A DNA stretch of 63,727 nucleotides, filler included, from Octopus bimaculoides (taxonomy: Eukaryota), in assembly GCF_001194135.2 (NCBI RefSeq). It is 6 parts of 5 records of this genome, joined end to end, with 100 filler letters (N's around TTAATTAATTAA, not from the genome) between each part and the next. Parts side by side here need not be neighbours in the genome. Positions count along the whole stretch, not along the records: positions 9,928 to 21,573 come from NC_068982.1; positions 21,674 to 33,033 come from NC_068981.1; 4 more parts are not named here. The stretch is one strand, 5' to 3'. The notes under the pieces are model-generated. The model saw nothing but the letters and a program-made list of their open reading frames with translations. It searched no databases and was not told where the DNA came from. This document shows, piece after piece, positions 12,554 to 23,751 of this stretch (the stretch's first letter is position 1; every line of letters starts with the position of its first letter). The position numbers and the translations under genes were made by a program.

Positions 12554-14020
12554 ATCTAATCATCATTAACATTTAGATCCTTTATAATGCTACTATTGAT
12601 GTTATAATGTCTATGGAAGTTGCTCCAAATAGCGAATGAATCAACATAATCATTCGGCAGGCCCGATCATATTGTCGTAAAAAGACAGAGCCACATTACA
12701 TAATATAGTTGCAGAGTCTCCATGATATTTGAGCGTCATGTGAAACTATTTCATCATACCTCTACACATATGCTGTAGTGAAAACATGAATGCATGAACG
12801 CCAATGTTACATGGTGGAGTGATTTCTGGTAAAAGAAATTTGTGATAGTATATAGTACAAACTAGATATAATCTATAAAAAAATCTTTTGGCTAAATTAT
12901 GTCTTCCAATAAGTGAGGCACGTCGATTACAAATCTTTTTACGCTTTGCATAAATAATGTACATTCAGAAAAAATTAAAAACGAGTACATTGAATGTTAT
13001 ACAAATTATTTATATTATATATAGATTTTGTATTATCTATTAAACTTTTAGTGTTGATACACTTCATTATATTAATCGATAATCGCTACCTAAATTTCAG
13101 TTCAAATAATGAACATATTATTGACAAAAGTTTGTAAACTGTCACGTCCCTTTCTTAACAATAAGACTAGAAGTTTTTCTTACAGTCGATGTTTTGACAT
13201 TTCGCTCAAACGTGATACTTCGGGTATTCACTTTGAATTTGATCAGTATCAAATAAACTCGGTTGATCTGAAATGTAAATAAATTTTTAATTGTTATTTA
13301 TTGTTAATTAATATATTTTTGATCAGAATCTTACTTCACAGAAAATTAATGCAATTAACTATGTTAGTGTCAGATCATTACAAATTTGATATTGTAATAT
13401 CCCCAAATTCATGTTAAGAATCCATTCATTCTAAATACAGGTTCTAAGAAAATGTCTTTTTAAACCAACAGATATTTATTTATAAGATTAAAATTACATA
13501 TATGAACATAAATCGATCAATTGAATACAAAGAACAAAAAGATACTATATAACATGCATTCTGTAAATATAAAACGATTGGTCTTGTATTTCGCAAATAC
13601 ATAGAACTTTTCATTAATATATGTTACTAATTCTAATGCACATAAAGAGAACTAGAATAGAAGACCGAACGCTTTAGCTAATTTAAGTCGGTACGGAACA
13701 CTATGTTTGCCTGATAGAATTGTTTCTACAGAACCTCTTAGTTCGGAGTATTAAATGTGAATTTCAATTTGACAGTTGCAGGCATAAAGTTTGTGCTGGT
13801 TCAGAATTCCAGAGCCCAGACGTTCCATGTGTCTGTGCCTGCTGTCGTTTTCCGATGTAACTGCTGGTGTGCACGAATTATGGGTGTTAAATAAAGGAGA
13901 GTCAACTTTCTGTTGTTAACTGGAGCAACACGATAACTGCTTAAAGGATCAATTTCACCTCGGCTTAAAATCGATTAGAGGAAAAGCAACTTCTATATTT
14001 CAATATCCTCTTCATTTAAA

Positions 14021-14214
14021 GGCGGCGAGATGGCAGAAACGTTAGCGGTATTTCGTCTGTCTTTACGTTCTGAGTTCAAATTGCCGAGGTCTACTTTGCC
14101 TTTCATTCTTCCGGGATCGATAAATTAAGTACCAGTTGCGAACTGGAGTCGATCTAATCTACTGGTCCCTTCCACCAAAATTTCGGACCTTATGCCTGGA
14201 GTAGAAAAGAATAT
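14021..14214 (+). mobile_element. SINE family B
   Basis: ggcggcgagatggcagaaacgttagc...ttctgagttcaaatt...taagtaccagttgcg...gtagaaaagaata. Confidence 0.9.
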
Positions 14215-16413
14215 CTTCTTCATTTCTTTTATTCGGTCTTCGCCACGTGGTATGTATTCATTGAAAATGAGACTGCGAGTCGTTTATCAATAGATGTGTA
14301 CAATAATTATTGCTAAGATTGACATGCTTGTGGATGTTGTTTGAGAGTGACAACATAGGTTTCTTATGTAGAAGAGAAAAAATGTGTTAGCAAGATTATG
14401 TTAGATAACTAAAATCCTATAGCAATATTATATTTGATAAAGTGTGATGTGAAAGAAAACTACTGAAGGTGGAAGCTCCAGGAAAGAGGATTTATCAAAA
14501 TATTTACGTTCTTTAATGATGAATATTACGGATTTACTTTCGTGAATTGCTTCGAAGGTAAGATTCGAAAAACCTAGCTCCAGATATTTAGTTTTACAAA
14601 ACCTTTGCAAATCGTCAGCCAGAATATGGTTAAAGTCAGACTGACAGGGAATACTTTTATTGGGTGTCTCCATCACTTTTCAGATTGTTGGAAGTTAGTA
14701 CGATGCTAGAATAATTGGAAGAGTAAGAGGATTTTCTTTCTTTAGAATTTGACATTTTGAAGCGTGTATGGAAACTATGACATATTTTGTGAGAGAATGA
14801 TACAACTAAGGAAATATTAGTTTTTATCTCTTTTAGTATAAAGGCTGGTTCTTAAGAATATTGTCTGCGTATACTGGAAGTAACATCTATTTACTGGTCT
14901 TGTTCAGTTGTTGTAAAGTAGAGGCCCTTTTGAACTTGTCACCTACATTCAAGTGGTATTGATTACGCTGGGATCAAAAGTGTTTAATTCAACCTTCTCC
15001 ATTATTATGCGATTTATATAAGTTCTTTTAGAAAGCCAGATCCACTGGAGACTATCAGGTGTGTAAAACAGTGTGTTTTATCGTTCAGATATCCGGTGAC
15101 AATTTACGAAGCTTCCGACTAGATCTTGTATTTACATTTCTTGGGGGAACTTCACTCTTATAAGCTTCAGTTATTTCTCATACGTAAATCGTGGCTTCCT
15201 GTTAAGATGTTCCTTCGTGACAGGTGTTAATGCATTTTTGAAATCTTTCTCTGAACAACTCTATCAATTTAACATATTTCTTATTTTACCAAACACTGTG
15301 TATCTAATATACAACACATCTATTTACTCTCGTTTCTCACATCACCTTCTCCTCTGCAGATGATACAAGACTTCATTCCCCTCTAATATTCCGTTCATAT
15401 ATTGGTGCAAAGACACATGTCAAATAATCACAAATACCATGAATAAAGATCTAGAAACTTTCTCTAAATGGAACAAGCAAATCTAGACTAGCTCAGCTTA
15501 GACAATGCATCACCATTGTGTTATATATTACGGAAAGCTCATAGTAATATACATCACCCGAAGCATAAATAGAACGCAAGTAGTAATTTGATGGTCAGGA
15601 CAAGTGATATGTTTCACTATCTGTAATATACACTCTTGGCAAACAAACAAATAACTTGCGCAAGGAGCATCACTGAAACTCGCCTTTCTAGTCACCTTTC
15701 TAGATTTCATAACAGAACTACTTACTGTAAGAACCTTAGATAAGACAAAGGATGAAATATCAGACACGTTACAGATTCTGATGCTTTTTCACAAATAATC
15801 ATTATTAATCACGCCTGAAGAAAAGTGTTTCAATCAAACAAGCACATTCCAGCATCTGATCCAGAGACATGCTATTCTTTCCTTGTAACCTTCCTATTTC
15901 TGCATTGGAATTCGCACCTGGATGTAATCTAGCCTTGCCTCCTCCATTCATCATTCCTGACATATATGCATCTTCTCGCCCTATTAAAATTTTGACTATT
16001 TTCAGTTTCATTACGAAACACTATGTGTATTGTTTCGTCATAAACACCTGGCCGCTCTGGAATCTCCGTGCGCGTATGTTTAATGTATCCATGGACTGGC
16101 AAATCTTAAGGTTAAGCTTTGAACATATTCTTCATTTAGGTCACGGAAGCATGATATTAGTCATGGGCACACATTCTTTTTCTAGTCTAATTAAATAATG
16201 GAAACATAAATCCTAGAGTGCATCCTCTATTTTTAAGACGGAAGACTACATTTTGAACGGAATTGGAATGGCTGTTTCTAACAAATCCCCATTGTTTATT
16301 GTGTACTTAGGAAAACAATATAGTGATATACTACTGAAGGTGAAATGGTTATACTCTTCATTATTTACATTATTTACATTTGGCGGATATTTGTCCTCAT
16401 CTTGTTTATTGCT

Positions 16414-16457
16414 AACACAACGTTTCGGCTGATATACCCTCCAGACTTCATCAAATG

Positions 16458-16459
<2 letters not shown>
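16414..16459 (-). ncRNA. Minimal type-I hammerhead, left arm (C3U variant)
   Basis: AACAT-TTGATGA-A-GTCTG-gagggtatat-CAGCC-GAAAC-GTT-GTGTT: C3 is replaced by U and stem II has one mismatch. Confidence 0.65.
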
Positions 16460-16518
<59 letters not shown>

Positions 16519-16533
16519 TTTTATGACTATTCA

Positions 16534-16603
16534 GGTCACTGCCTGGAATCGAACTCGGAATCTTGGGGTTTATAGCCCGCGCTCTCAACCACTGCGCCAT
16601 ACG
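16534..16603 (-). mobile_element. tRNA-derived SINE head (Pol III A and B boxes)
   Basis: TGGCGCAGTGG (A box), cggg-ctataaa-cccc anticodon-like arm, GAGTTCGATTCC (B box), then caggcagtgacc. The 5' acceptor strand is missing, so this is not a functional tRNA. Confidence 0.8.
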
Positions 16604-16629
16604 AGAACCCAGGTTCGAAATTTCCCCCA

Positions 16630-16675
16630 GACACCTGATGAAGGCTGGCGGGTATATCAGCCGAAACGTTGTGTT
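16630..16675 (+). ncRNA. Minimal type-I hammerhead, right arm, intact core
   Basis: GACAC-CTGATGA-A-GGCTG-gcgggtatat-CAGCC-GAAAC-GTT-GTGTT. Stem I is GACAC/GTGTT, stem II has 5 bp, stem III is the loop-less palindrome AACGTT. Predicted cleavage after 16670. Confidence 0.8.
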
Positions 16676-17559
16676 AACAACAAACAAATTGAGGACAAAT
16701 ATCCGTCGAATGTAAATAATGTACATAATTCCTCATCTCTTAAATATAGAACTGGGATATACTCTTATTTGATAAAATTTTGATTTATTCTACAGACAGT
16801 ATTTCGTCAAAAATAGAACTATATTTCATAAAGGTCCAGCAAAACATTGTTATCAAGACAAAAGTATAATCATTTTGTTCAGAAAAAAAGTAATTAAAAG
16901 TTGCTATATTTTCGACCCCACCCCATATATATGTAAGTGAGTATGTGGGTGTATCTCCGTGCATTTGTGTGCATGTGTGTACATGTGTGCCTGTGCCTGA
17001 GTGTGTGTGTATTTATATACATACACTCAGATTTTAGGAATATCCATGCTCATTTACTGGACACGATGCAATTAGACTTTCCGTCATAAAAAGGTCATAA
17101 TGATCGTGATTTCTTCAGCTTCATAGATGTTTACTGTCCCCTTATTTTCCCTCATTGTCAACGGCGTTTATGGCCCTCCTTGATCTCTCTGATGACTATT
17201 CAATGCCATTGCAATGCTACATGGTTTGAAGCGTAGGAGAGAACCGATAGTTATAAGTTATTGCTCGTTTCCAACAGATTACATCTGCACGATTCGTCAG
17301 CTTTCCATTGACATAAGACTTTCAATAGATGGAAAGATAATTGAGGTCCCATAAGGTGACATCTGTATGTCACTGGGTTAACTGGATTAGTACATAGTTA
17401 CAGGCCTAGCGGGTTGGCGATAATCACAAGAAACAAGGCTTTCTAACAAAATGCCCCACTCCTAGAAGAATATTGAAACAACAGCTAAGGGGCCATCACT
17501 CCCAGTGCTTTTACTTGGCGTCCTAACACCAATTAACGGTATTTCTGCGTTTCCACGCT

Positions 17560-18130
17560 CAGAGGGAATGTTATCACATATGCTGGTTAACCCATACCTG
17601 AGTCTCTAACAGGTGATAATATTCAGGGCCAGAGTCTACCTGGATCAATAGTACTCAAAACGATGGAAATCTGAAATGAGAATTCCACTACCGGATAGAG
17701 TTTAAAGTCGCACCCACGCAACTTTGGGAGACTGTGGTGAAACTTGGTTGGAGAGAGTTACTGTTGGATTGCAATACGTGTGTAGCAGCAATATACTTAC
17801 GTCCGGAAAGTATTAGAAGTTGTTTTCAGAGAATTTCTACGGTTTCAACAGCACCAATTTCTGACTTCCTAATTCCTTAATTGTAAACCTATAGGTACGG
17901 GCGTGGTTACAAAAGAGACCAGCCACTCCATCTGCAAGACCAAGGCCAAGTTAAAGGTCAGATCAAGATGTTCGACGATCTTCTCAGGGAAACATTGGGA
18001 AATGCATGCGCCAGGCTCCGGAGCCGTATTGAGACCGTAGTGGAAGCTGGGTGTGGTTGCTTTGAGCAAATTGTTATCTCCCAGCCATAATCTAATTGAT
18101 ATTTTTTGACTTTATAAAAACATAGATTCT
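17560..18130 (+). mobile_element. Tc1/mariner (DD37D/maT-like) transposase C-terminal remnant
   Basis: Frameshifted WLERVTVGLQYV.QQ..., ENFYGFNSTNF.LPNSLNCKP and ...RETLGNACARLRSRIETVVEAGCGCFEQ. Same layout as the 45381-46165 copy. Confidence 0.7.
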
Positions 18131-18149
18131 TTTTCGGGCGGGTTATAGT

Positions 18150-18826
18150 GTTTCCTTTTATGCAAACTGTAAAATTTAGTCAGAACACAAAATACTGTAA
18201 GACGTGACATGGATAGTTGCAACAGAAACTCCAAAGCTACGAACAGCAGAAACTGAACAGATGTTCTGACTGCATTCGCTCGCAGACATTCGCCCCCACA
18301 ATTTTTAATTAAGGCCTTAAGCTCAAATCAAACGCTATGTGAAGCACCTGAAGGGTGTGATCAATCTCTGGCTGGGAAGAGTTTCTTCTGGAAGGCCATA
18401 TGTGTGGTAGTATATTGTGGCTCCTTTTATACATTTGGAAAGTGTCAGAATTGGTTATCGAAGAATTTCTACAACTTAATTATCCCCAATTTCTGGCCTT
18501 CTAATCACCCCTTTTATAATCCTATGTATTACTATGTATGGGATACCAACCGCTCTGCCTGCAAAACCAAGCCCGAGCTGCTGGTTAAGAGCAAAGAGGT
18601 GTTATAGAATCTCCCTTAGGGACACAGCAAGAAACGGGTGCGCCAAGTCGCGGAGCCCTCTTGAGGCTGTAGTGGAAGCAAAGGGCTGCTGCTTTGCACA
18701 AACTAATATCTCCCAGCCACAACCGAATTAATATGCTTTGTGGTTTAAAAATACTTTTGCCTTTGGATGGGATTTTGTGTTTTCTTTCCTTTTAATCAAA
18801 CTGCCAAATTTACCCCGAACACCCTG

Positions 18827-18828
<2 letters not shown>
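18150..18828 (+). mobile_element. Tc1/mariner (DD37D/maT-like) internally deleted remnant with right TIR
   Basis: GRPYVW, then ORF 18404-18607 KCQNWLSKNFYNLIIPNFWPSNHPFYNPMYYYVW, then RSPLEAVVEAKG. Ends caaatttaccccgaacaccctg plus TA at 18805-18828. Confidence 0.8.
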
Positions 18829-18860
<32 letters not shown>

Positions 18861-19089
18861 TGCATGTATGTATGTATGTATGTATGTATGCATGTATGTG
18901 TGTATATATGCGTATGTGTGTGAGTGCGTGTGTATATATATATGTTATGTATGTATATATGTGTATATGTATGCATGTATCTATGCGTGTATGCATGTGT
19001 GTATATATATATATATATCTATGTGTGTGAGTGTGTGTAGGTATATATGTATATATGTATGTATGTTTTGTATGTATGTATGTATATGT

Positions 19090-19322
19090 TATTTCTTTAT
19101 TGCTTACAAGGGGCTAAACATAGAGGGGACAAATAAGGACAGACAAAGGGATTAAGTCGATTAGATTGACCCCAGTGCGTAACTGGTACTTAATTTATCT
19201 ACCCCGAAAGGATGAAAGACAAAGCCGACCTCGGCGGAATTTGAACTCAGAACGTAACGGCAGACGAAATACCGCTAAGCATTTCGCCCGGCGTGCTAAC
19301 GATTCTGCCAGCGCGACGCCTT
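19090..19322 (-). mobile_element. SINE family B (long-tail variant) inside a (TATG)n array
   Basis: Matches 41362, 46912 and 57634 end to end. Confidence 0.9.
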
Positions 19323-20129
19323 GTATGTATGTATGTATGTATGTATGTATGTATGTATGTATGTATGTATGTATGTATGTATGTATGTACGTGTGTTTGT
19401 GCGAGTAAAATCGTCCATTGGGCATGGACAGTCATTAACCTTAGTTTGGTAAGTTTATTCCTCCCATCAGCTAGTGTGGCATTAAAGAAGAATTTTTGAC
19501 ATGTGTCGGAATATTTATAAACTACATACAAACACAGGTTCCAAAACAAATGCGTTCTTCATATATGCGTAGTTATAATACAAAAAATAATTCAAGACGC
19601 ATAATAGAAATCTTAATGTTTTTCGAAGCGCAGCTGGATCGTAAAATCTTCTTTAAGTGGATACTACAAAAATTTAAGATTTTAGTGTTTATTTTATAAC
19701 CATTACGAGGAGAAGCAAATCTCCGAATAATATAACACCGTTACTGCATTATTGGGATACATTATTGCGAAGATTAATCTCCAGGGTGTTCCTGTATTTT
19801 GTAATTATGTTCCATCAACATTTTGATTAGATGCTTGCCCGAATCAAAAAGCAAACAATAAAAGCACAGTATCCTGGCAATATTATAGTAATATGAAAGA
19901 ATCTGTTTGTAAGGGAACTTTTATTTCTTCACAAATTGACTTTTATATTGATATGAATAGGCGTTATTATAAGGAACTTCAATTTTAGTGATCATTCACT
20001 TCGTTAGCTCGAGTAAACCATGTTTTTCTCTCTTTTATCTGAAACACAAAAGCTAGACATTTTACAACAATTTTATTTCATTTTTAAAAAATTCGGTGAC
20101 GTTTTCATTCCGCTATTATTATTACTTAT

Positions 20130-20169
20130 TGTTGTTGTTTTTATTATTATAATTGTTGTTGTTGTTGCA

Positions 20170-20205
<36 letters not shown>

Positions 20206-20331
20206 GTTATTATTATTATTATTATTATTATTTTATGTTTGACTTTTGCTTTGCATTTGTACAAGTTGGATCCAAGTCTCACCCAGAGACCTCAAGAGAC
20301 AACAAGTTAGAAGTTCATATTATTATTATTA

Positions 20332-20389
<58 letters not shown>

Positions 20390-20412
20390 CATTATTATTA
20401 TTATTGTTATTA

Positions 20413-20480
<68 letters not shown>

Positions 20481-20664
20481 ATTATTATTATCATCCTCAT
20501 CATAATCAACCACAAATTATTATTATTTTTATCGTGTCCTTATTATATGTAAATCCCAACACTTTATGTCTGTATTTGTAATGTCCAGCTCATCCTTCGC
20601 CCATGTGGCAAATAAATAAAATTATTACCATTATAATGATTATTTTTTTTAATTATTATTATTA

Positions 20665-20732
<68 letters not shown>

Positions 20733-20790
20733 ATTGTTGTTGTTATTGTTGTTGTTGTTGTTGTTGTTGTCATCGTTATTATTATACCAA
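20130..20790. repeat. Compound (ATT)n/(GTT)n microsatellite cluster
   Basis: Three trinucleotide arrays; these explain the poly-I/Y/N/C ORFs in the track. Confidence 0.95.
20232..20318 (-). mobile_element. Short unique insert inside (TAA)n; probable 3'-terminal fragment of a Dong/R4-like LINE
   Basis: An 87-bp non-repetitive segment directly flanked by TAA repeats on both sides. The family assignment is inference. Confidence 0.5.
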
Positions 20791-21526
20791 ATTTACTACT
20801 GGCATCGTTGTATTGTGGATATATTCTCGCTCCGATGAACTCATGAATATGTTTTAGGATATTGAACATTCGCTTTACATCACTATTCAACACTATTAAT
20901 TGAAATCTTCAATTCTTCACGTGTATAGGCTTTAGTGCTCGTTTTATATTCAAAAGCTTCTAATTGTCATGCAAATATTGAGATGGGTGAACAACGATTA
21001 CTACCTTATGAAAAAAATCTAAATTAATTACTGAGCACCGCTGTGCAGATTAAATTCATTTCATAAATATGTAAAGTTATCAAGATGGATTTCAATATTT
21101 TCCCTGGAGCATACCGGACTGCCAATAGAATTCCTTTATGTAAATTATGTGATTTTACAATACAAGTTTACTGCCAATACTTTCTTTTTAAAGAAATAGT
21201 TTTTTTTTTTGCTGAGGAGTGTCGTTTTATTGGTCTAAGGACAGCGCTGAGTTAAGAAACATTCAAAGGCGCTCTACGCTTTCTATCGTCTGCTATATTT
21301 TTGCATAGTTTGTATATGCTCCAAAAGATATTCCTCCCAAAGTAATGTACACACAGAACGTATATTTCCCATCCCAATATACAAAAATGTTTCAACAGAA
21401 TATTTATAGCAACAAATTTGCAAGCCAAATACAGAACGAAATACTCACGTGCGCACAAACACACAAACGCACACACACAAAAGCACACGACGATTTATAT
21501 AACCTTTGTATACATATATATAAATA

Positions 21527-21573
<47 letters not shown>

Positions 21574-21673
21574 NNNNNNNNNNNNNNNNNNNNNNNNNNN
21601 NNNNNNNNNNNNNNNNNTTAATTAATTAANNNNNNNNNNNNNNNNNNNNNNNNNNNNNNNNNNNNNNNNNNNN

Positions 21674-22035
21674 CTTCTTCGTTTTTTTGTTGGTGGTACA
21701 GTGTGCCACTTCCCTTTCTCACTATCAGTGCTCGCACAATCCGAGCTGATCTGATCTGGAAAGGGAATGTTTGTTGGATCTGGTGAAGATTCTTTTACAA
21801 TTTCTGTTGTTGTTGTTGTTGTTGTTGCTGGTTCTGTTGTTGCTGGTTCTGTTATCTTTTTTGGTGTGGAGGTTTTTGGTGTTGGTGTTGGTTTGGTGAT
21901 GGCTGGAGATGGTGGTGTCGCTTTTCGCGGTGCTGGTGGTGATGGTGTTGGTGGTAATGGTGTTGGTGGTGTGGAGGCTTTTGGTTGTTGTTGTTGCTGT
22001 AATTTTCTATTTTTGTCTGCCTCCATTCTTTGCTT
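21674..22035 (-). mobile_element. Probable Tx1/L1-like ORF1 C-terminal low-complexity fragment
   Basis: Pro/Thr-rich linker ending DCASTDSEKGKWHTVPPTKKRR; a WxTVxxxKKRR ending is typical of such ORF1 linkers. Cut by a gap. Confidence 0.4.
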
Positions 22036-22042
22036 AAAATAG

Positions 22043-22433
22043 AATAGGAAACCGGACATAGTCTTAACTGAGAATGGAAAAAAGAATAGGAAGCCGGACA
22101 TAGTCTTAATTGAGAAAGAAAACAAACTATGCTGGATCATAGATATAGCATGCCCAGCTGACAACAAGGTATACTATAAGGAAGAAAGAAAAGTCGAGAG
22201 ATATGGCAGGTTAGCTTAGTTAAGCAGTTGTGGTCGATGAAAAATGTAGTAGTAGTACCAATAATTGTCGGAACCCTGGGAACAGTGAGCAAAAATCTTG
22301 AGAAGCATGTGGAACAAATAGGGGCTGCAATACTCCGGAAGGTGCTCGAAAAATAAGAGGTGTTACCTTAGTTCACTGATAGTGAAGAGCTGACACTGTA
22401 GTACATCTCCAGTGTTAGAAGTTGTGCAAAGAC

Positions 22434-22477
<44 letters not shown>
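22043..22477 (+). mobile_element. R4/Dong-like LINE 3' end (restriction-like endonuclease) with (ATA)n tail
   Basis: RKPDIVLIEKENKLCWIIDIACPADNK...VPIIVGTLGTVSKNLEKH (PD-(D/E)xK pattern). About 42-bp tandem duplication at the 5' junction; (ATA)n from about 22434. Confidence 0.85.
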
Positions 22478-22479
<2 letters not shown>

Positions 22480-23039
22480 GCAACAACAGTATTTCAGTAT
22501 TTAAAATTTTTCATTCATGCATGCAATAGAATTTTTACAAGAGGATCAAAAAGTATGTGGAGGATGGGCAAGAGAAAGTTTGAAATATTACACAATACAT
22601 TTAGACGTTAATAATTTTTTTAATTACCCTAAGGTGCTATATAAAATACACTTGTAATCTTTTAAAAAGATATCTGTTAAAGGAAATGCTTAGAGAAAAA
22701 TCATTTACAGATGAGAAGTTACCCTCAACATTGGATCAGAGTAACCAACACTATTCTCCCGCCACTGCCGTTTCTCATGCAACTTATATAAATAGTCAGA
22801 GATATGGCTGAAAATTTCAGCGTGTGCTTTTAGATATTTCCAGTTTTAGAAATACAGTTCTATAGATTTTGCTTTTTTCAGTTGAGATCATTCTCATATA
22901 TATATATTCAAGAGGACTTGTTATACTATTTCGTGTATTAAGATATTTAATCAGTCTTTTCGTTAGCAGAGATATATAATTTTTTTCTTCGGTTTCTCCT
23001 AGGTTATCTGTTGTGTCTCAGAAATGCTGTTGCGTTTTA

Positions 23040-23330
23040 AAATGATTTTTCTATCAACATTTTTTCTTGCAGCGGTGCTAAGTTCAAACATTCTGTCTTT
23101 TTATATAGTATTGAGGGGAAGTTTGTCTTCACACAGTTGATATATGAATGGGCTGTAATAGTTGGAACTGTGTAAAAATTATAACTTGTAATGTTTTTGT
23201 TGGTGTTCCTGACATTGTCCTCCAAATTTCTTATCCGAACATCCTGAAATTTTCTTCTATTACTTATTCTCCATACCGTTCGTGTTTCTTTTTCTTTTTC
23301 TCTTGTAAATTACGTTGCTTGTTTTGATTT
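23040..23330 (-). mobile_element. Highly decayed Penelope-like GIY-YIG fragment
   Basis: KEPNEIKTSNVIYK... and ...SILYKKTE...QEKMLIEKSF resemble the PLE endonuclease start and end. It lies downstream of the minus-strand HHR at 23538-23582. Confidence 0.35.
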
Positions 23331-23537
23331 CGTTAGGTTCTTTTTTGGCCTTTGTAGTGTTTCGTCGTGTGGCAAAGACATATATAGTAGGCCATTGTAG
23401 TGCTTTGTCGTATTGCATAATCATATGTAGTAGGTATCTTCGATGTGAAAGTAAAATGTGTATCAATAAATTTTTTTTTAATCTGTGAAAGAAACCTGTT
23501 TCTCAGTTGACTATCCCAACCCTGACGTCGACAATAT

Positions 23538-23582
23538 GAACACATGCGTTTCTGCGTCGTTACATTTCATTAACTACGTGTA
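23538..23582 (-). ncRNA. Decayed hammerhead, left arm of an inverted pair
   Basis: cacgtag-TTAATGA-aatgtaacgacgca-GAAAC-gcatgt-GTT. Confidence 0.45.
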
Positions 23583-23705
23583 CCAAACCATCGTTCGTGG
23601 ACACGAAAAACTGACAAAGTTTATTTACACATCAGCAACTGCACCGTTTGCTATTCTGAATTAAGAGCGACCAGCTCTTAGTAATCATGAATGACGATTC
23701 ATTAT

Positions 23706-23751
23706 ACGTAGCTGATGAAGCATAATGACGCAGAAACGCATGTATTCTACG
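23706..23751 (+). ncRNA. Hammerhead motif, right arm of an inverted pair
   Basis: CGTAG-CTGATGA-agcataatgacgca-GAAAC-gcatgt-ATT-CTACG, with a perfect 5-bp stem I (CGTAG/CTACG). Confidence 0.6.

Larger units (their letters stand above)
16360..16740. mobile_element. Composite element: about 97-bp inverted arms each carrying an HHR, enclosing a tRNA-like head and (AAT)n
   Basis: 16360-16456 is the reverse complement of about 16633-16728 (ttgtcctcatcttgtttattgctaacacaacgtttcggctgatataccc vs gggtatatcagccgaaacgttgtgttaacaacaaacaaattgaggacaa). Confidence 0.85.

Noticed and set aside
16534-16603. Functional tRNA gene
   Set aside because: The 5' acceptor strand is absent, the anticodon stem is imperfect, and it is followed by an (AAT)n tract. 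It is a SINE-type head.
17869-18069. CR1/L2-like RT reading of the minus ORF (APEPG...VTTPVP)
   Set aside because: It is the antisense of a mariner C-terminus on the plus strand.
18728-19499. HTY/MYVC, poly-I/Y/N/L and IYLS ORFs throughout the window
   Set aside because: These are translations of (TA)n, (CA)n, (TATG)n, (ATT)n and (GATA)n microsatellites.
21220-21275. ctgagga-gtgtc...gaca...gaaac as a hammerhead
   Set aside because: The putative stem II is separated from GAAA by about 12 unpaired nt, with no stem I or III.
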